Assembly: GCF_009914755.1 (NCBI RefSeq)
Contig: NC_060936.1
DNA length: 64,000 nucleotides
Origin: the human T2T-CHM13v2.0 reference genome, Homo sapiens
Reading direction: 5' to 3' (one strand)
Made by a program: the position numbers and the translations under genes. The notes beneath the pieces were generated by a model. The model was not told the origin of the DNA, searched no databases, and was given only the letters and a program-made list of their open reading frames with translations. Shown piece after piece: positions 26,085 to 39,050 of this stretch. Each line of letters opens with the position of its first letter. Position 1 is the first letter of the stretch.

Positions 26085-26240
26085 ATAGCATCACTAGGGA
26101 AGAGTTAAGAATCAGGCTATTTTTCACCAGGAGGCCTGGATTGAAAACTCTTCACTATTATAAGCTCTGTGACTTTGATTGTAAACCAAATAATAACTCC
26201 TGGTTTGGTTTTCTCTTTTGTAAAATTGGAATCATATTTA
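26085..26240 (+). mobile_element. MIR fragment
   Basis: GTTAAGAATCAGGCT..CCTGGATTGAAAACTC..AGCTCTGTGACTTTG..TGTAAAATTGGAAT. Confidence 0.55.
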
Positions 26241-26668
26241 TGCGGTAGGACTATTTGGAGCTTGTCAGTGTGTAGATGCCTGAATAAGAATGATGGGGTA
26301 TTTCCAGAAAGTGACTGGCTCAGGGTGAACCAAGCCGAACTCTTCTCCGGGGGAGGTTTATGCAGGGGAAGCAGTGGTGAGAGCACCACCTACTGGGGTA
26401 GAGCCATGAAATATACTATGTCTAAAGGGAGAGTTTTTATTGTAAAAAACAAAAAAGGTTGTGTTATAGACAATTCCAGTCTACAATATAATAGAATGAG
26501 ATAGGCACTTGCTCTTTCTTATTCTTTCTTGGTCTCACTGCTTTCTCTCCTGTTTCTTCTTGTCAAGCCTCCCTCTGTCTGACTCTAACCTCCTTATCCC
26601 TCTCTTTTTACCATAGTACTTTCTCATTATGTTACTACGACTTTGCCAGTGTATTAAGATATTATTTA

Positions 26669-26824
26669 TTAAAATATTGTGTATTCCATGTTCCCCATCC
26701 TAGGTGAGCTCATATGGCAGCCTCCAAAGGTAAATACTAGGAAGACTGAACCATAGTGGTAAAGACAAGAAGATAGTTACCAAAGAGTGACCAAAATTAT
26801 GTTCTGTGGATATACTTGTGACAT
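26669..26824. repeat. Copy 1 of a ~155-bp dispersed direct repeat
   Basis: CCATCCTAGGTGAGCTCA...TTGTGACAT; ~85% ungapped identity to the copy ending at 27650. Confidence 0.9.
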
Positions 26825-26949
26825 CCATAGAGTCAGGATGGAACAGGCTTGTCTAAGGTATGGAGTGAAAGGGGACACAAAGAAAAAGCAGAATGTGCTG
26901 TCCTAATGTGTTAAGATAAAGTTTATAAGTCAGAGAGTCCGATACATAC

Positions 26950-27300
26950 TCATTGAAATGCATTTAACAAATGCTCATTGTGTACCTACTGTATGCTGCA
27001 CATTGCTCTAGGTGTTAATTTCACAGTGAGATACTGTCTCTTTTTTCTTGGAATGTGTTCTTTAATGAGGGATAAAGACAATAATCACACAAATGTAACA
27101 AATGTAAAAATGTAATTTGCAACTGAGATGAACAAAGAGATTTAAGTGATATAATGAGACCCCATAATACAAAAACTGACCTAGTCAAAGAGAAAAAAGT
27201 TTTGTTTAAACTGAAATCTGTAGGGTAAGCAAGAATGAACTAGATAAAGAGGAGAGATGTACATTACAGGCAGATTAACAGCAGATGCAAAGGCTCTCCA
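26950..27300 (-). mobile_element. L2 3'-end fragment
   Basis: CATTTAACAAATGCTCATTGTGTACCTACTGTATGCTGCACATTGCTCTAGGTG...AACAGCAGATGCAAAGGC. Confidence 0.7.
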
Positions 27301-27413
27301 TTTCTCACATTTGAATTTGAAGAGCCACTAAAATGCCTAAGGCAAGATGTCAAGTAGAATTTATTATGTAGAGAGAAATAAAATAAAAATATATAATATG
27401 TAAAATATGTGTT

Positions 27414-27540
27414 AAAATATATGTTTTACATGCTGCCCATCCTAGGTGAGCTCACAAAATATATGTTTTACATGCTGCCCATCCTAGGTGAGCTCACAAA
27501 ATATATATTTTACATGCTGCCCATCCTAGGTGAGCTCACA
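27414..27540. repeat. Minisatellite, 3 x 42 bp
   Basis: AAAATATATGTTTTACATGCTGCCCATCCTAGGTGAGCTCAC at 27414, 27456 and 27498 (one mismatch in unit 3). Confidence 0.96.
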
Positions 27541-27650
27541 TGACAGACTCCAGAGGTAAATGCTAGTAAGACTGAACCATAGTGTTAAAGGCAAGAAAGC
27601 AGTTGCCGAAGAGTAACCAAAATTATGTTGTGTCAGTATGCTTGTAACAT
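27498..27650. repeat. Copy 2 of the ~155-bp dispersed direct repeat
   Basis: Offset 826 bp from copy 1. Confidence 0.9.
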
Positions 27651-27654
27651 GCTT

Positions 27655-27737
27655 GTGTCTGTGTGTGTGTGTGTGTATATATATGGATATATATATATTT
27701 GGAGATATATATATATATGGATATATATATATATATG
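27655..27737. repeat. (TG)n followed by interrupted (TA)n
   Basis: Direct reading. Confidence 0.9.
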
Positions 27738-28049
27738 GACTTTCAAGAAAAAAATAAAAAGTATCAGATTGAAACTTCCTCATTTTCTTTACTTAAAACA
27801 TTTCAACCTACCCACATCTTCACATGTCCTTTTTAATTTTATACTATCCATTAGAGAACTAACATCTCGTTTTCTCCCTAAGGTGGCTTCTGCCACCTCT
27901 GCTGTGGGCTCTATTCCCTCTCACCTTTGGAGGTCATAAATAATAAATTTTTCTATTATTTAAACTTTTTCTCAATGTGCCATTCCCATTGTTTCTTAAA
28001 TTGCTCAATCTTTACATTAAAAGAATAACAACTTATTAAAAAAGAACCT

Positions 28050-28150
28050 TACTTAGGGGATTTGAGGAGCTTCCAGGTTGGTGAGTACATCAAGCTTCTG
28101 GGAGAGTCCTGCCCAGAGAGGGCAAGGAAGCTCTCAACACCCCATTCTGA
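28050..28150 (+). mobile_element. MER21-like LTR fragment
   Basis: GAGCTTCCAGGTTGGTGAGTACATC..GCCCAGAGAGGGCAAGGAAGCTC. Confidence 0.55.
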
Positions 28151-30050
28151 TACTTTTTATTTTTTTCATTAAAATAGAAGTCAAGATGACGTCATGAGAG
28201 TAAGCAAGTTAAGGTTATTATAATGTTTGAAAAAATAGTAGAAAAGGTTTGAGATAATAGTAGAGAATGTAAGAGAGAGTTAGAGAATCAGAGAAATGTG
28301 GCCATCATGAGGGCCCATTTGAAGTTGTTACTTCTCAATTTACAGTGGAATTCATATATTGTCTAATATGATATTTTTCAGGGTTCTTAGGATAATCAGT
28401 GCAAGCTTAGAGGAAACAGATGGTTAGGTTCATTAGAGTAAGGGTTTGGGCAGATGTGTTCAATTAAAAATTAAGAAGAAAGGATTAAGTTTTGCAAAAG
28501 GTTGCTGAAATGATGAACTTTAAAATCTAAAGAGGATAAGAAGTGAAGGGACCACCAAAACAGGTGGTCCCTATTTCTTGAAGAACAAAATGTGAATAAG
28601 CAAGTTGAAAAGAGAGGAGGTAGTATCTTATATTTTATTTTCAGTTTTATAGTTGTTGCATGTGTTGACAAGAGCCAAAGTATGATGGCGAGAGTAGCTA
28701 AATTAGAGGAAGAGAAAATTATCCAAGGTGAATAATTTGAAGACCTGGGAGGTCACTGGAGCAGACATGCCATTCATGGGGACACTTAAGTCACCAGGGC
28801 AATAGCTAGATGTCAGATACAGAGGATTTCAGAGGAATTCTGTAAGCCAGGCCATGAAATCCCTAACAAATGAAAGGGAACCACATAAAAATTGGTGAAG
28901 ATAGTAACACTTATCAATGTAAATGTTGAAAGCAAAGAGAGTACTATAGCTGGGTACTATAAATCTCAAAAAGACTTAATTTTCTTAAAAAGATAGAGAA
29001 ATTATGATTCAGCAGAAGCATCGACAATAGGAGGAGGGGCAAAGATTGCACAACTCATCCCCGAGATTAGTAAGGAATGAGAACATCCGCAATTTGAGAA
29101 GACTCCAGAGAAAATGGGATATGGCGCATAGAACCAGTTTCACTTAAGTCAAAAAAGCTGAAGGAGCATCTTAAAGACATATAGAAATCTTCTAGGAGAT
29201 ATTGCATTTATATAGGTCACAGTTTGAGAAGTCTGATTTGAGGGACCAGATTCAGGTGAATGAAATATAAGATTTTAGGAACCATAGTGCAGAAAATGAT
29301 CAATAGAAAAGGGAAAAGTGTAAGAGGTAGAGGATGTAATGGCTTGTAGTCTACATGTTGACTGATAAAAACTGGAAAGTGGGCATAATGGATTTGGGTT
29401 CAACAGTTACTGCCAAGAAAGTATCCAGCACACAGAAGCTATATGAACATTTATTAGCTCAGCTGATAAAAATTCATGAACCAATGGAGGATTAAATATG
29501 ATTATTTATGGAAATGCTTCATAAAATAGAGGGTAATATGTAGATATCCATTATTATTGAAATATCTGAATCAAATTTCACAAAACAATTAGTTATCAAA
29601 TATCCTATTCTTACCCCTTCCGATGCTATAAGCATTATTCTCATGATTACTAGAGTTAGTAATAACAATACAGAAAAGCATATGATGGCATAGTATACAT
29701 AAGATTTAAATTTGATCAAATTCTGTTCTACCTTGATTCTAGATTCTTCATTATGTGGTTTGAATTTTTAAGGTGCCTGATTGCCAAATTCCCTTCTTCC
29801 AGTTTTTTCTTATCCTAATTTTTGCTAATTCTGTTTACAGCACCATTTGGCATTTTTACTTTGAATACGGAAAACAGTAAACCATATGGTGAGACTATTT
29901 TGTGTCAAATTAAGCATGCTCTTAGAGCCATGAATAATATGAAAACATGCATTTAAAGATTCATTCAAATACTGACTTTTTATTCGCTATATATAATATG
30001 TATTATGTGGTAATTTTATCCGTATGCTAGATATTTTATATATATTATTT

Positions 30051-30342
30051 ATTTATTTATTTAGACAGGGTCTCGCTTTGTCACCCAGGCTGAAGTGCAA
30101 TGGTGCAATGATGGCTCACTGCGACCTTGAGCTCCTGGGCTTAAGGAATCCTTTCATTTCAGCCTCCTGAGTAGCTTGGACTACTACTATTACTGAGACT
30201 ATTTTTTTATTATTAGTATTGTCAAGATGGGGTCTTGCTGTGTTTCCCCAGTTGGTCTTGAGCTCCTAGCCTCAAGCAATCCTCCCACCTTAGCCTCTAA
30301 CAAGTGCTGGGATTATAGGTGTGTCCCACAGTGCCCTTGGCC
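30051..30342 (-). mobile_element. AluJ inserted in a MIR
   Basis: (TTTA)n tail, AGACAGGGTCTCGCT, CTCAAGCAATCCTCCCACC; TSD ATATATTATTT. Confidence 0.93.
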
Positions 30343-30535
30343 ACATATATTATTTGTAATCTTCATAAAAAGCTATAGAAGCAAGTTTTATTAATTTCAT
30401 TTCACCAATGAGACAACTATGACTTGGAGAGATTATGAAACCTATCCAAAGTCTCCAGTTTATGTAGTGATTGCACTGAACCTGAGCCTATCTGATTCCA
30501 AAGCACATGTTCTTTAATAATACCATGTTGCCTCT
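30343..30535 (-). mobile_element. MIR (continues left of the Alu)
   Basis: CATTTCACCAATGAGACAACT..GAGAGATTATGAAAC..TCTGATTCCAAAGC. Confidence 0.7.
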
Positions 30536-31736
30536 AACTCATTGTAATCATCTTTTCTGATGGGATATGATTTCAAGGAATCTAGGGAAAGGATCTAGCT
30601 CCCTAAACATTTCCAACAGGTTATTGCAGTTTTGAATTTTCACCAATATGGAGTCAATTATTTGGGTTACCATTGGTATTTTTCTATCAAATAACTTCTA
30701 TGAACCATAATATGTAGGCTGGAGTCACTCACACTTTAACATACATTTATTCATCAGATCTCTTTCTTTTTGAAAACAGTATTCAGAAATCATGAATGTT
30801 TGGTGTAGAAAGATAATTGGGTCAAAAAAAGTAATTTTGAGAGACAGCATTCTTCCTATGATGACTATTGGTAGGACAACACTGAGAATACTGGCTTGTA
30901 CATAAGTTCTTGATACTGTAGGGCACAGTAACTTAGAGCAAAAATCAGAAATTATATATAAAAATGGCTTATAAACAAAATGCTTTCTTCATAATTTTGT
31001 TCACAATTAGGTTTACTTTACCCAGCTTTAAAAAATAAAAATAGCATGCACAGCAAGACATAAATTTTTGTACTCTGCTTACAAAAGGTGACCAAATATT
31101 TCAAATAATATTTGATTTTTGACACATTAAAGATAACAAATGGATTTTTTCCATTTCTCCTATGCTTCAACAAACATCTATGTTGCTGAATAATTTTCCT
31201 TATGATGTGCACATTTTAAATAACTGATTTTTTAATAGGAATTGTTAGTCTTCCACAAGTATTAACATCACAAGGTAGCTTTTACTCCCTTTTTTAATTC
31301 ATCATCCCTCCACATTTATGTATTCCCTTTGAGTATGAGCTAACTGTCTAAGTATGTACACACATAAAACCAGATGCTCTCGGCATCAAAATGGGTTATA
31401 TTGATTTATGAAAAAAGTAAGATAAATAATTTAACTTATTGTTTTTACTAAGTTATACAGAATTGTCATTTATTGGTTCACCACACATTTAAGAGACTGT
31501 TAATTTGTAGAAATCACGTATCTTGGTTAAATACAATATCTATACTATAATGTTTCAAATATATGTATGCATATGTGTGTATATATGTATACATATAAAT
31601 CATATTACAAAGAAGAGGTATTGCCTTTATCTGTTTTATTGTCACTTGAATATCAGTAAAAAAAAGTCTTACGTCTGCTATAATCACAGAACTTTGTCAC
31701 GAAATCTGACAAATTTGTGTTATACATATTAATATA

Positions 31737-32112
31737 TGTATTAGTCAGTTCTCATGCTGCTAATAAAGACATACCTGAGACTGAGTAATTTTTAAAGGTA
31801 AGGGTTTAATTGACTCACAGTTTTCCATGGCTTGGGAGGCTTCAGGAAACTTACAATCATGGCAGAAGGGGAAGCAAGCACATCATTCTTCATATGGCAG
31901 CAAGAGAGAGAATTGAGTGCCAAGTGAAGGGGGGAAGCCCCTTACAAAACCATCAGATCCTGTGAGAACTCACTCACCATCACAAGAACAGCATTAGGGT
32001 AACTGGCCCATGATTCAATTACCTTCTACCAGGTCCCTCCCATGTCATGGTGGGGATCATGGGAACTACAATTCAAAATGAGATTTGGGTGAGGACAAGC
32101 CAAACCATATTA
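31737..32112 (-). mobile_element. THE1 (THE1C/D-like) MaLR solo LTR
   Basis: TGTATTAGTCAGTTCTCATGCTGCTAATAAAGACATACCTGAGACTG...CCAAACCATATTA; 5-bp TSD ATATA. Confidence 0.95.
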
Positions 32113-32132
32113 ATATATAAACTTGTAAGTAA

Positions 32133-32446
<314 letters not shown>

Positions 32447-33969
32447 GGTAAATCAATCTTAATTTTCCTGGTGATTGCAAGTTCTGCAAATTCAAGATAT
32501 TTTAAAGTCTGCCTTCTTTCATAGTGAGATCATTTTGGTTTAATATTAAATGAGGGAATTCAGAAACACAGATTAGTTCAGAAAACATAAAAATTACACT
32601 CTGGCCTTGATTTTTTCCCATTTTCCCCCCTAAGTAACATGTGATGTGAAAATGAACTTTTGAGCCCAGACAAAAAAAAAAGATAGTCATGTGTATATTA
32701 GAACAGAATAAAAATAATTAGCATTTCACAATATTCTGAAAATTTGTACCCCCAAATTATCCATAATTAGATACTAATTTATTTATTATAATTTGTAGTG
32801 CCATCTGTAGACTTATAAATATAAGCTGAATTCATTCCTTGTAAACAATATTGTAGATTGTTATTTACAATATTTTGTTTTAACAAGAAGCAAAGACTTT
32901 TAGAGCATAAAACATGCTTGCTTGATTCTATATCTCAGATGTTTTAGGTTCAAAGTTTAATTTTCAAGTGATTTGCTTTGATTGTGACACTTGAATAGGT
33001 TTCTTTCTGCCAGTCTCCTTACTTGAAAAATAGGAAAACAATATTGACCTCATGGAGTTCTCAGACTAAAAAGTCAATGAAAGTGGTAGCTATCCTCAAC
33101 TGTGGTGGCAAGGAAAACTGTTGATCTAAAATGTTTAAGATCAGACCATCTGGGTCATGATCTGGATAGTCTGTTAATGCCAAACAACCATGAGATGTAA
33201 CCAAAGATTCTTTTCTAACCTAATGGAAAACAGAATTGCTCTATGAGCTCTGGAGGGGAATACGTGAACAGTTTAACCAACTTGTACAAATTCAAGAAAT
33301 GAAGATGACTATTTGTATTACAGGAAATTTTACTATGCCTTGGCCACACCTTTCATTTAGAGTAATTATTAATTCATGCCCCTCATATGATATATATGAC
33401 ACCTTTTCACTCTAACATGAAAAAACTGAAATACAGTTTTAAATAATCTGTTAGGTAATTGTCCAATATTTTTTCTTTCAGACTGGTATCATAATTGAAT
33501 TGCCCGATATTATTGACAATCAGATAATTTTATGAAGTTTGGAGACAATAAATAAAGAAAAGCTATTAAGATAGCACAGAAATCATTTTTGGCTAATAGC
33601 AGAACAAAATATTTCATAAACATTTTTCTCTGTCACTATTATAAGTTGTCATTACTTTTTAAGAGAGTCAGAGGCAATGATATAATTTTAAGAGAGAAAC
33701 TATTTAAAAGTCGTAAGTAACACAGAAATAAAACCTAAAATTAAAGTAATAATTAAATGAAATGATTATAAATAAATTACCAATAATAAATAACTTAAGG
33801 CTCTTCCACTTTCCTACCTTAGAAAAACTTGTCATTGGAGGTGGTGTTTTGCTTTCACTTTGTAAGGCTGTTGTGACAATTGCATTAGATAATCTATCAT
33901 CTAGTAAAGTATCTAGCATATTGTGCTGCAAGGATTATTTGTAAGGATTATTTTAGATAATGTTTTCTA

Positions 33970-34285
<316 letters not shown>

Positions 34286-34599
34286 TTAAAAAAAAAAAAA
34301 AATAGGTGATTGGCATCAGTTTAGAGTATAATAAACACTCAATAAATGAAAGTCTATGGTTTTTAGAGTCTACATATATAGTGTCTGACATACAAAACTC
34401 TATCATGTTCATCCTATGACATTAATTGATTCAGGCCACACACACTTTTAAACCTTTGTTTCTGTACCTGCAATTCATTTCCTCTGTATACAATAGCATT
34501 TTGCCCCAACTTGTCTAAAGCCTCTTTCCTTTAGTGAGTTTTTCCATTTACAATCCAGCCCTACTTATGCAGCTCTTCCTAGGAAGCTTAAACATCTTG

Positions 34600-34627
34600 G
34601 TCTGAGAAACATCTTTGTTTCTCAGAC
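34600..34627. repeat. Perfect 12-bp inverted repeat with 4-nt loop
   Basis: GTCTGAGAAACA-TCTT-TGTTTCTCAGAC. Confidence 0.85.
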
Positions 34628-34898
34628 AGGCTATTGCCAACCACTGATTTTTACACAACTATAACCCAGTCTCTTTAATGTCATCACATCTAGTACTATG
34701 GTTTAGAAACCTTACTTGAAGCTCTTCTCAGTCATTCTCTGGTCTGGTTGAACTTGACAACATATTGAGGTCAGCTCCTGCTGTAAATTAGCCATAATGT
34801 CTGGGCATGCACTGTTGAACAGTCTCTTATTCACTGTTGCTATACATTTGTACAAATGTACACTGGTTTAAGTCCATAAACTAGCTTTATCCATAGTG

Positions 34899-34944
34899 CT
34901 ACTGAGCATTAGCTTCTACTGAGCATTCTACTGAGCATTAGCTT
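34899..34944. repeat. Short tandem array of CTACTGAGCATT (3 copies; two followed by AGCTT)
   Basis: Units at 34899, 34916 and 34928. Confidence 0.85.
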
Positions 34945-35102
34945 TGAAAGAATATTAATGGGCACTCCTCCTCCTAAAAGGAATAATGTGATCAAGTTGT
35001 ATCAGAAATGCTAGACTGCAATCATTCTTCTTTGAGGGTCATAGGGTACCTTGACATGCCAACAAAAGATCTAGAGCAATCCTTCAACAAAGACACCTGT
35101 TT

Positions 35103-35370
35103 TATTATTATTTTATTATCATTATACTTTAAGTTCTGGAATACATGTGCAGAACGTGCAGGTTTGTTACATAGGTATACACGTGCCATGGTGGTTTGCT
35201 GCATCCATCAAGACGTCATCTACATTAGGTATTTCTCCTAATGCTATCCCTCCCCTAGCCCCCCATCCCCTGACAGGCCTTGGTGTGGGATGTTCCCCTC
35301 CCTGTGTCCATGTGTTCTCATTGTTCAGTTCCCACTTATGAGTGAGAACATGTGGTGTTTGGTTTTCTGT
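35103..35370 (-). mobile_element. L1PA (L1PA7/8-like) 3'-end stub
   Basis: TTATACTTTAAGTTCTGGAATACATGTGCAGAACG...; 15-bp TSD CAAAG(A/G)CACCTGTTT at 35088-35102 and 35376-35390. Confidence 0.95.
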
Positions 35371-37443
35371 GACTGCAAAGGCACCTGTTTAACAGAGATT
35401 AACAGAAGACTATGGCTGAAAAGTACAATAAAATTAATGGTAACCTCGTATAGTTTTATATTAAAATATTTTCCTACTCTTTTCCTTTATTGTCATACCT
35501 CATAAAGAGAGCAAACAAATTAGCCAGAACCCCTTGCTTCTTCTGGCATAATATGCATGGAAGTAGCTCTTTTTGGGTAATTAACCCAGGTCAAAGTTGC
35601 AAATGGCAGAACTCAGAGCTTCCCGGACCACACACAGCAGGAAGCAGAAGGGAAAAATTATCAGTGCAGAGCTATTTGTGTAGCTCATTAAAATGTAGAT
35701 CTTAGCCTAACCCCATATCTACTGAATCTGTTTCTCTGAGGGTGAGGCTCAATAATTTACATTTTAAATCAACAATCTAATTGTAAAAGCATGCCAGAGT
35801 CCATACTGAAGAAGTATCATGCTCTACCACAACAGAATAAAATAAATTCTAACTAAAAGTGTAATTTTGTTCCATAAAATTATACAACTCTAAGAGGATA
35901 GGCTCTCCTAAAAATGGACGATTGACAGGGTAGTGGGTAAGACCCAGATTAAAACACAAATTTTTCTGTAAATCTCCAAGAGCTTGGTTTACCTTTTTTG
36001 GAAATTATCTTTCTGTTTCCTCTGATGTTGACCTAATTCTTTTTTCACTCACTCTACTGCTTCCCGCCCAGTCTTGGGTTGATTAGCATATCCTTTCCTT
36101 TTATGTCCTACATCAAACCTCTCATTTTGACAATACTTTCACAAAGCAACCCTGGTCACAATTTGCTAGGAAGTTTCAATCTCTTTCTACCTTCCTAGTA
36201 TATACATAATTGGCTCAAACTGACATTCCTGCATCTGTGCAAAACATGGTGACTCTTTTATACCATTAGTTTACTAGTCAGTTCCACTTTGTTTTTAAAA
36301 TCTCATAAATGTTTAGAGGGATATTTCAGAAATAAAAATGTTTCACGATCTCTACCTTCCCTTTTGCTTTCTCTTTGGTTAAGAAATCTGAACACTGCCT
36401 TTGACTTTTCATTTGTATGCTCATCAGCTTCCTGTTTCATCAAGAAAATAGTGGGCTTGAGAAATATGCAGAAATTGTGAAAGTTGTTTGCATTTCACTG
36501 GAATATTTCTTTAGCTCAAGGGGATCAAATCAATAAAATATGATGAAACCATATGCTCATTATTTCAAAAAAGAGCAGCTGCTTCAGGGAATATTGGGAG
36601 ATTTATTAATTCTACCACTACCTCTCATTAAGGTTAGATATCTCCAGACCTGATTTCCTAAATAAAATGCACCTCAGCAGGAAAAGCACTCTTGTAGAAT
36701 CTGTCCTGATATTCTATTTTGGTTCATTTCTATGATAACATTTATGGTAGAGAAAGTATTGTGCAATTTGAAATTATTAAGCAATCAGATACAATTCATT
36801 CCATGGAAAAGGCTTATAGCATAGCCATGGTTTGGAAATGCCATAGAGGAATGAGTCTTGGCAAAGATGAATGCTTACTGCTATGGGCCATATGTGCATT
36901 TAATTGAATTTGCAACTTTCCAGGCAAGATGCCAAATGGATAGTCTTCTGCCTGGTAAGAGAGGTAACATGTTCTGTCTTCTTGTTCTCACCCATTTTAG
37001 ATGCACAAGAAGACTCAAATTTTTTCTTTAAAAGAGTTCTAAGTACAAAATCAAGCAAATAAGCAGACTAAGTCAAATAACCAATGCATTTAAGTTTTTA
37101 ATTAATTGGGTTTAAACTCATATGCATACACTCAAGGGAGTTCAAAGTAGTGAAAAATCCTTGCCCAAATAGTTAACCCCAATTACAAAATTTAAAATAA
37201 ATAACAGAAAGGAGGCATTTAATCTAACCTGTGTCCCATTCTTAAAAACAAAAGAAAGCAGAAAAAGCAAAGCAAATAAATGCCACCACCACCACCACCA
37301 AGAAGAAAAGCCCAAAATTCCTAGGAGGAAATTTCAGAATCTCTATGGAATTTAACAGATTTTAACAGTACATATTATTGTCCTATATAACTAGAAGTTA
37401 AATAAAATTGTTTGATAACATTGATTAAGTAAATTTTTAACAC

Positions 37444-37524
37444 TTTTTTTTTTATTATACTTTAAGTTCTGGGTTACATGTGCAGATAGTGCAGTTTTGT
37501 TACATAGGCATACACGTGCCCTGG
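37444..37524 (-). mobile_element. ~80-bp L1PA 3'-end stub
   Basis: Poly-T then TTATACTTTAAGTTCTGGGTTACATGTGCAG..; degenerate TSD AATTTTTAA(C/A)AC. Confidence 0.9.
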
Positions 37525-37539
37525 AATTTTTAAAACATT

Positions 37540-38345
37540 TTAAGATATAATTGACATACAATAAAATGCATATATTTAAGGAGAATTAATAGTTAAACTT
37601 AGACATCAACACAATCAAGATAAAAAACATATTTATTAATCCCCCAGACTTCCCTCATGGCCAATGGAAATTCCTCCTTTTGTGCCCCTTTCCAATGCCA
37701 ACCCCATGCAATCTAATTTTTAATTCTTTGTTCCCAGGCCTTTTCAACAGTGTTTTAAATTTTGATGAAGCCTAATTGTTAATTTGTTACATACTTTTGC
37801 TTTTGATGTCTAATTTAAAATCTATTTTTTAATCCAACATCAATGATTTTTTTCTTGTTTTGCTCAAGAATTTTCAGTTTTTGCTGTTATCTTTAGGTCT
37901 ATGCTACATTGTGAGTTTTTTTGTATATGTTGTGAGATCAGGATTGATACTCATTTGTTTTTGTGTGTGACTACCCATATATTCCAGAATCAATTATTGA
38001 ACAGTTATTTTTTTCCTCCTTGAACTGTCTTACATTATTTGTCAAAAATAGACCATTTATTTATGGATTTATTTCTAGGTTTTCTATCCAGTTCCATTGA
38101 TCTATGAGTTGATCTTTACATCAGTACAATGTCTTGTTTACTGAACCCTTATAATGCTTAAAATCAGGTAGTATATGTCCCTCAGCATTAGTTAATATTT
38201 TCAGAGTTGTTTTGGCTATTCCAGGTCCCTTGTATTTTCATAGAAATTTTAGATCAGCTTGTCAATTCTTAATAAAGACAAAAGTAAGCTCAAATTTTTA
38301 TTAAGATTATATTATATCCTTAGATAAATTTGAGAACCATTGATA
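37540..38345 (-). mobile_element. Old L1M fragments (3' end plus ORF2), minus strand
   Basis: GATATAATTGACATACAATAAAATGCA; TTTTGATGAAG..TTTAGGTCTATG..GTTCCATTGATCTAT..TTTTGGCTATT. Confidence 0.75.
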
Positions 38346-38349
38346 ATGA

Positions 38350-39050
38350 TACGGAGCAATTAGAATATTCGTACATTGCTACTCAGAATACAAAGTGGTA
38401 CAGGCACCTTGGAAACAACTTAGTTGTCGCTTATGAAGTTAAACATGCACTTATCATATGACGTAGCAATTCCACTCTGTTTCTCTATGAGAAATGAAAG
38501 CATATGTATAAACCAATATTTTTACTAAAATGTTTACATCAGCTTTATTCACAAAAGCCATAAACTGAAAACAAGTGTAAATCTCCATCAGCTTGTGAGT
38601 GCATAAACAAATTTGAGTATATTTATATAATGAAGTACTGCTCAGTCATAAAAAGAACAAACTACTGAGACATGCAACAATGTAGATGAATCTCAAAAGC
38701 AGCATGCCAAAGGAAATCAGCTTAACACAAATGACTATACATTTTAAAATTCTTTCTATTCATTGAAATAAAAATAGATAAATAGAATAATAATAAATAG
38801 AATAAAATTCTATTCACAGGAAATTTTAGAAAAGGCAAAACTATAATGACAATATAGATTAGTGATTGTCAGGGGCTGGAGTGATGGGGAGAGAATCTGT
38901 CGAAGATGCACATTAAATAATTGTTTTAGGGTGATGGAAATGTTCTCTAACATGATTGTGGTGATGGCTACACGACTGTACATATTTGTCAAAATTTCTA
39001 CAATTATACACTTACAGTAGACTTTATTGTATATAGATTATATTCAAAAA
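38350..39050 (+). mobile_element. Old L1M 3' region, plus strand
   Basis: ACCTTGGAAAACA..AGTTAAACAT..CAATTCCACTC..GATGAATCTCAAAA..GTGGTGATGGCTACACGACTG. Confidence 0.8.

Noticed and set aside
27414-27540. Three 42-bp direct repeats resembling a CRISPR array
   Set aside because: Units are head-to-tail with no unique spacers, there are no cas genes, and the context is primate DNA; it is a minisatellite.
28547-28580. Stem-loop plus T-rich tail resembling an intrinsic terminator
   Set aside because: That mechanism is bacterial and irrelevant in primate non-coding DNA; kept only as a palindrome.
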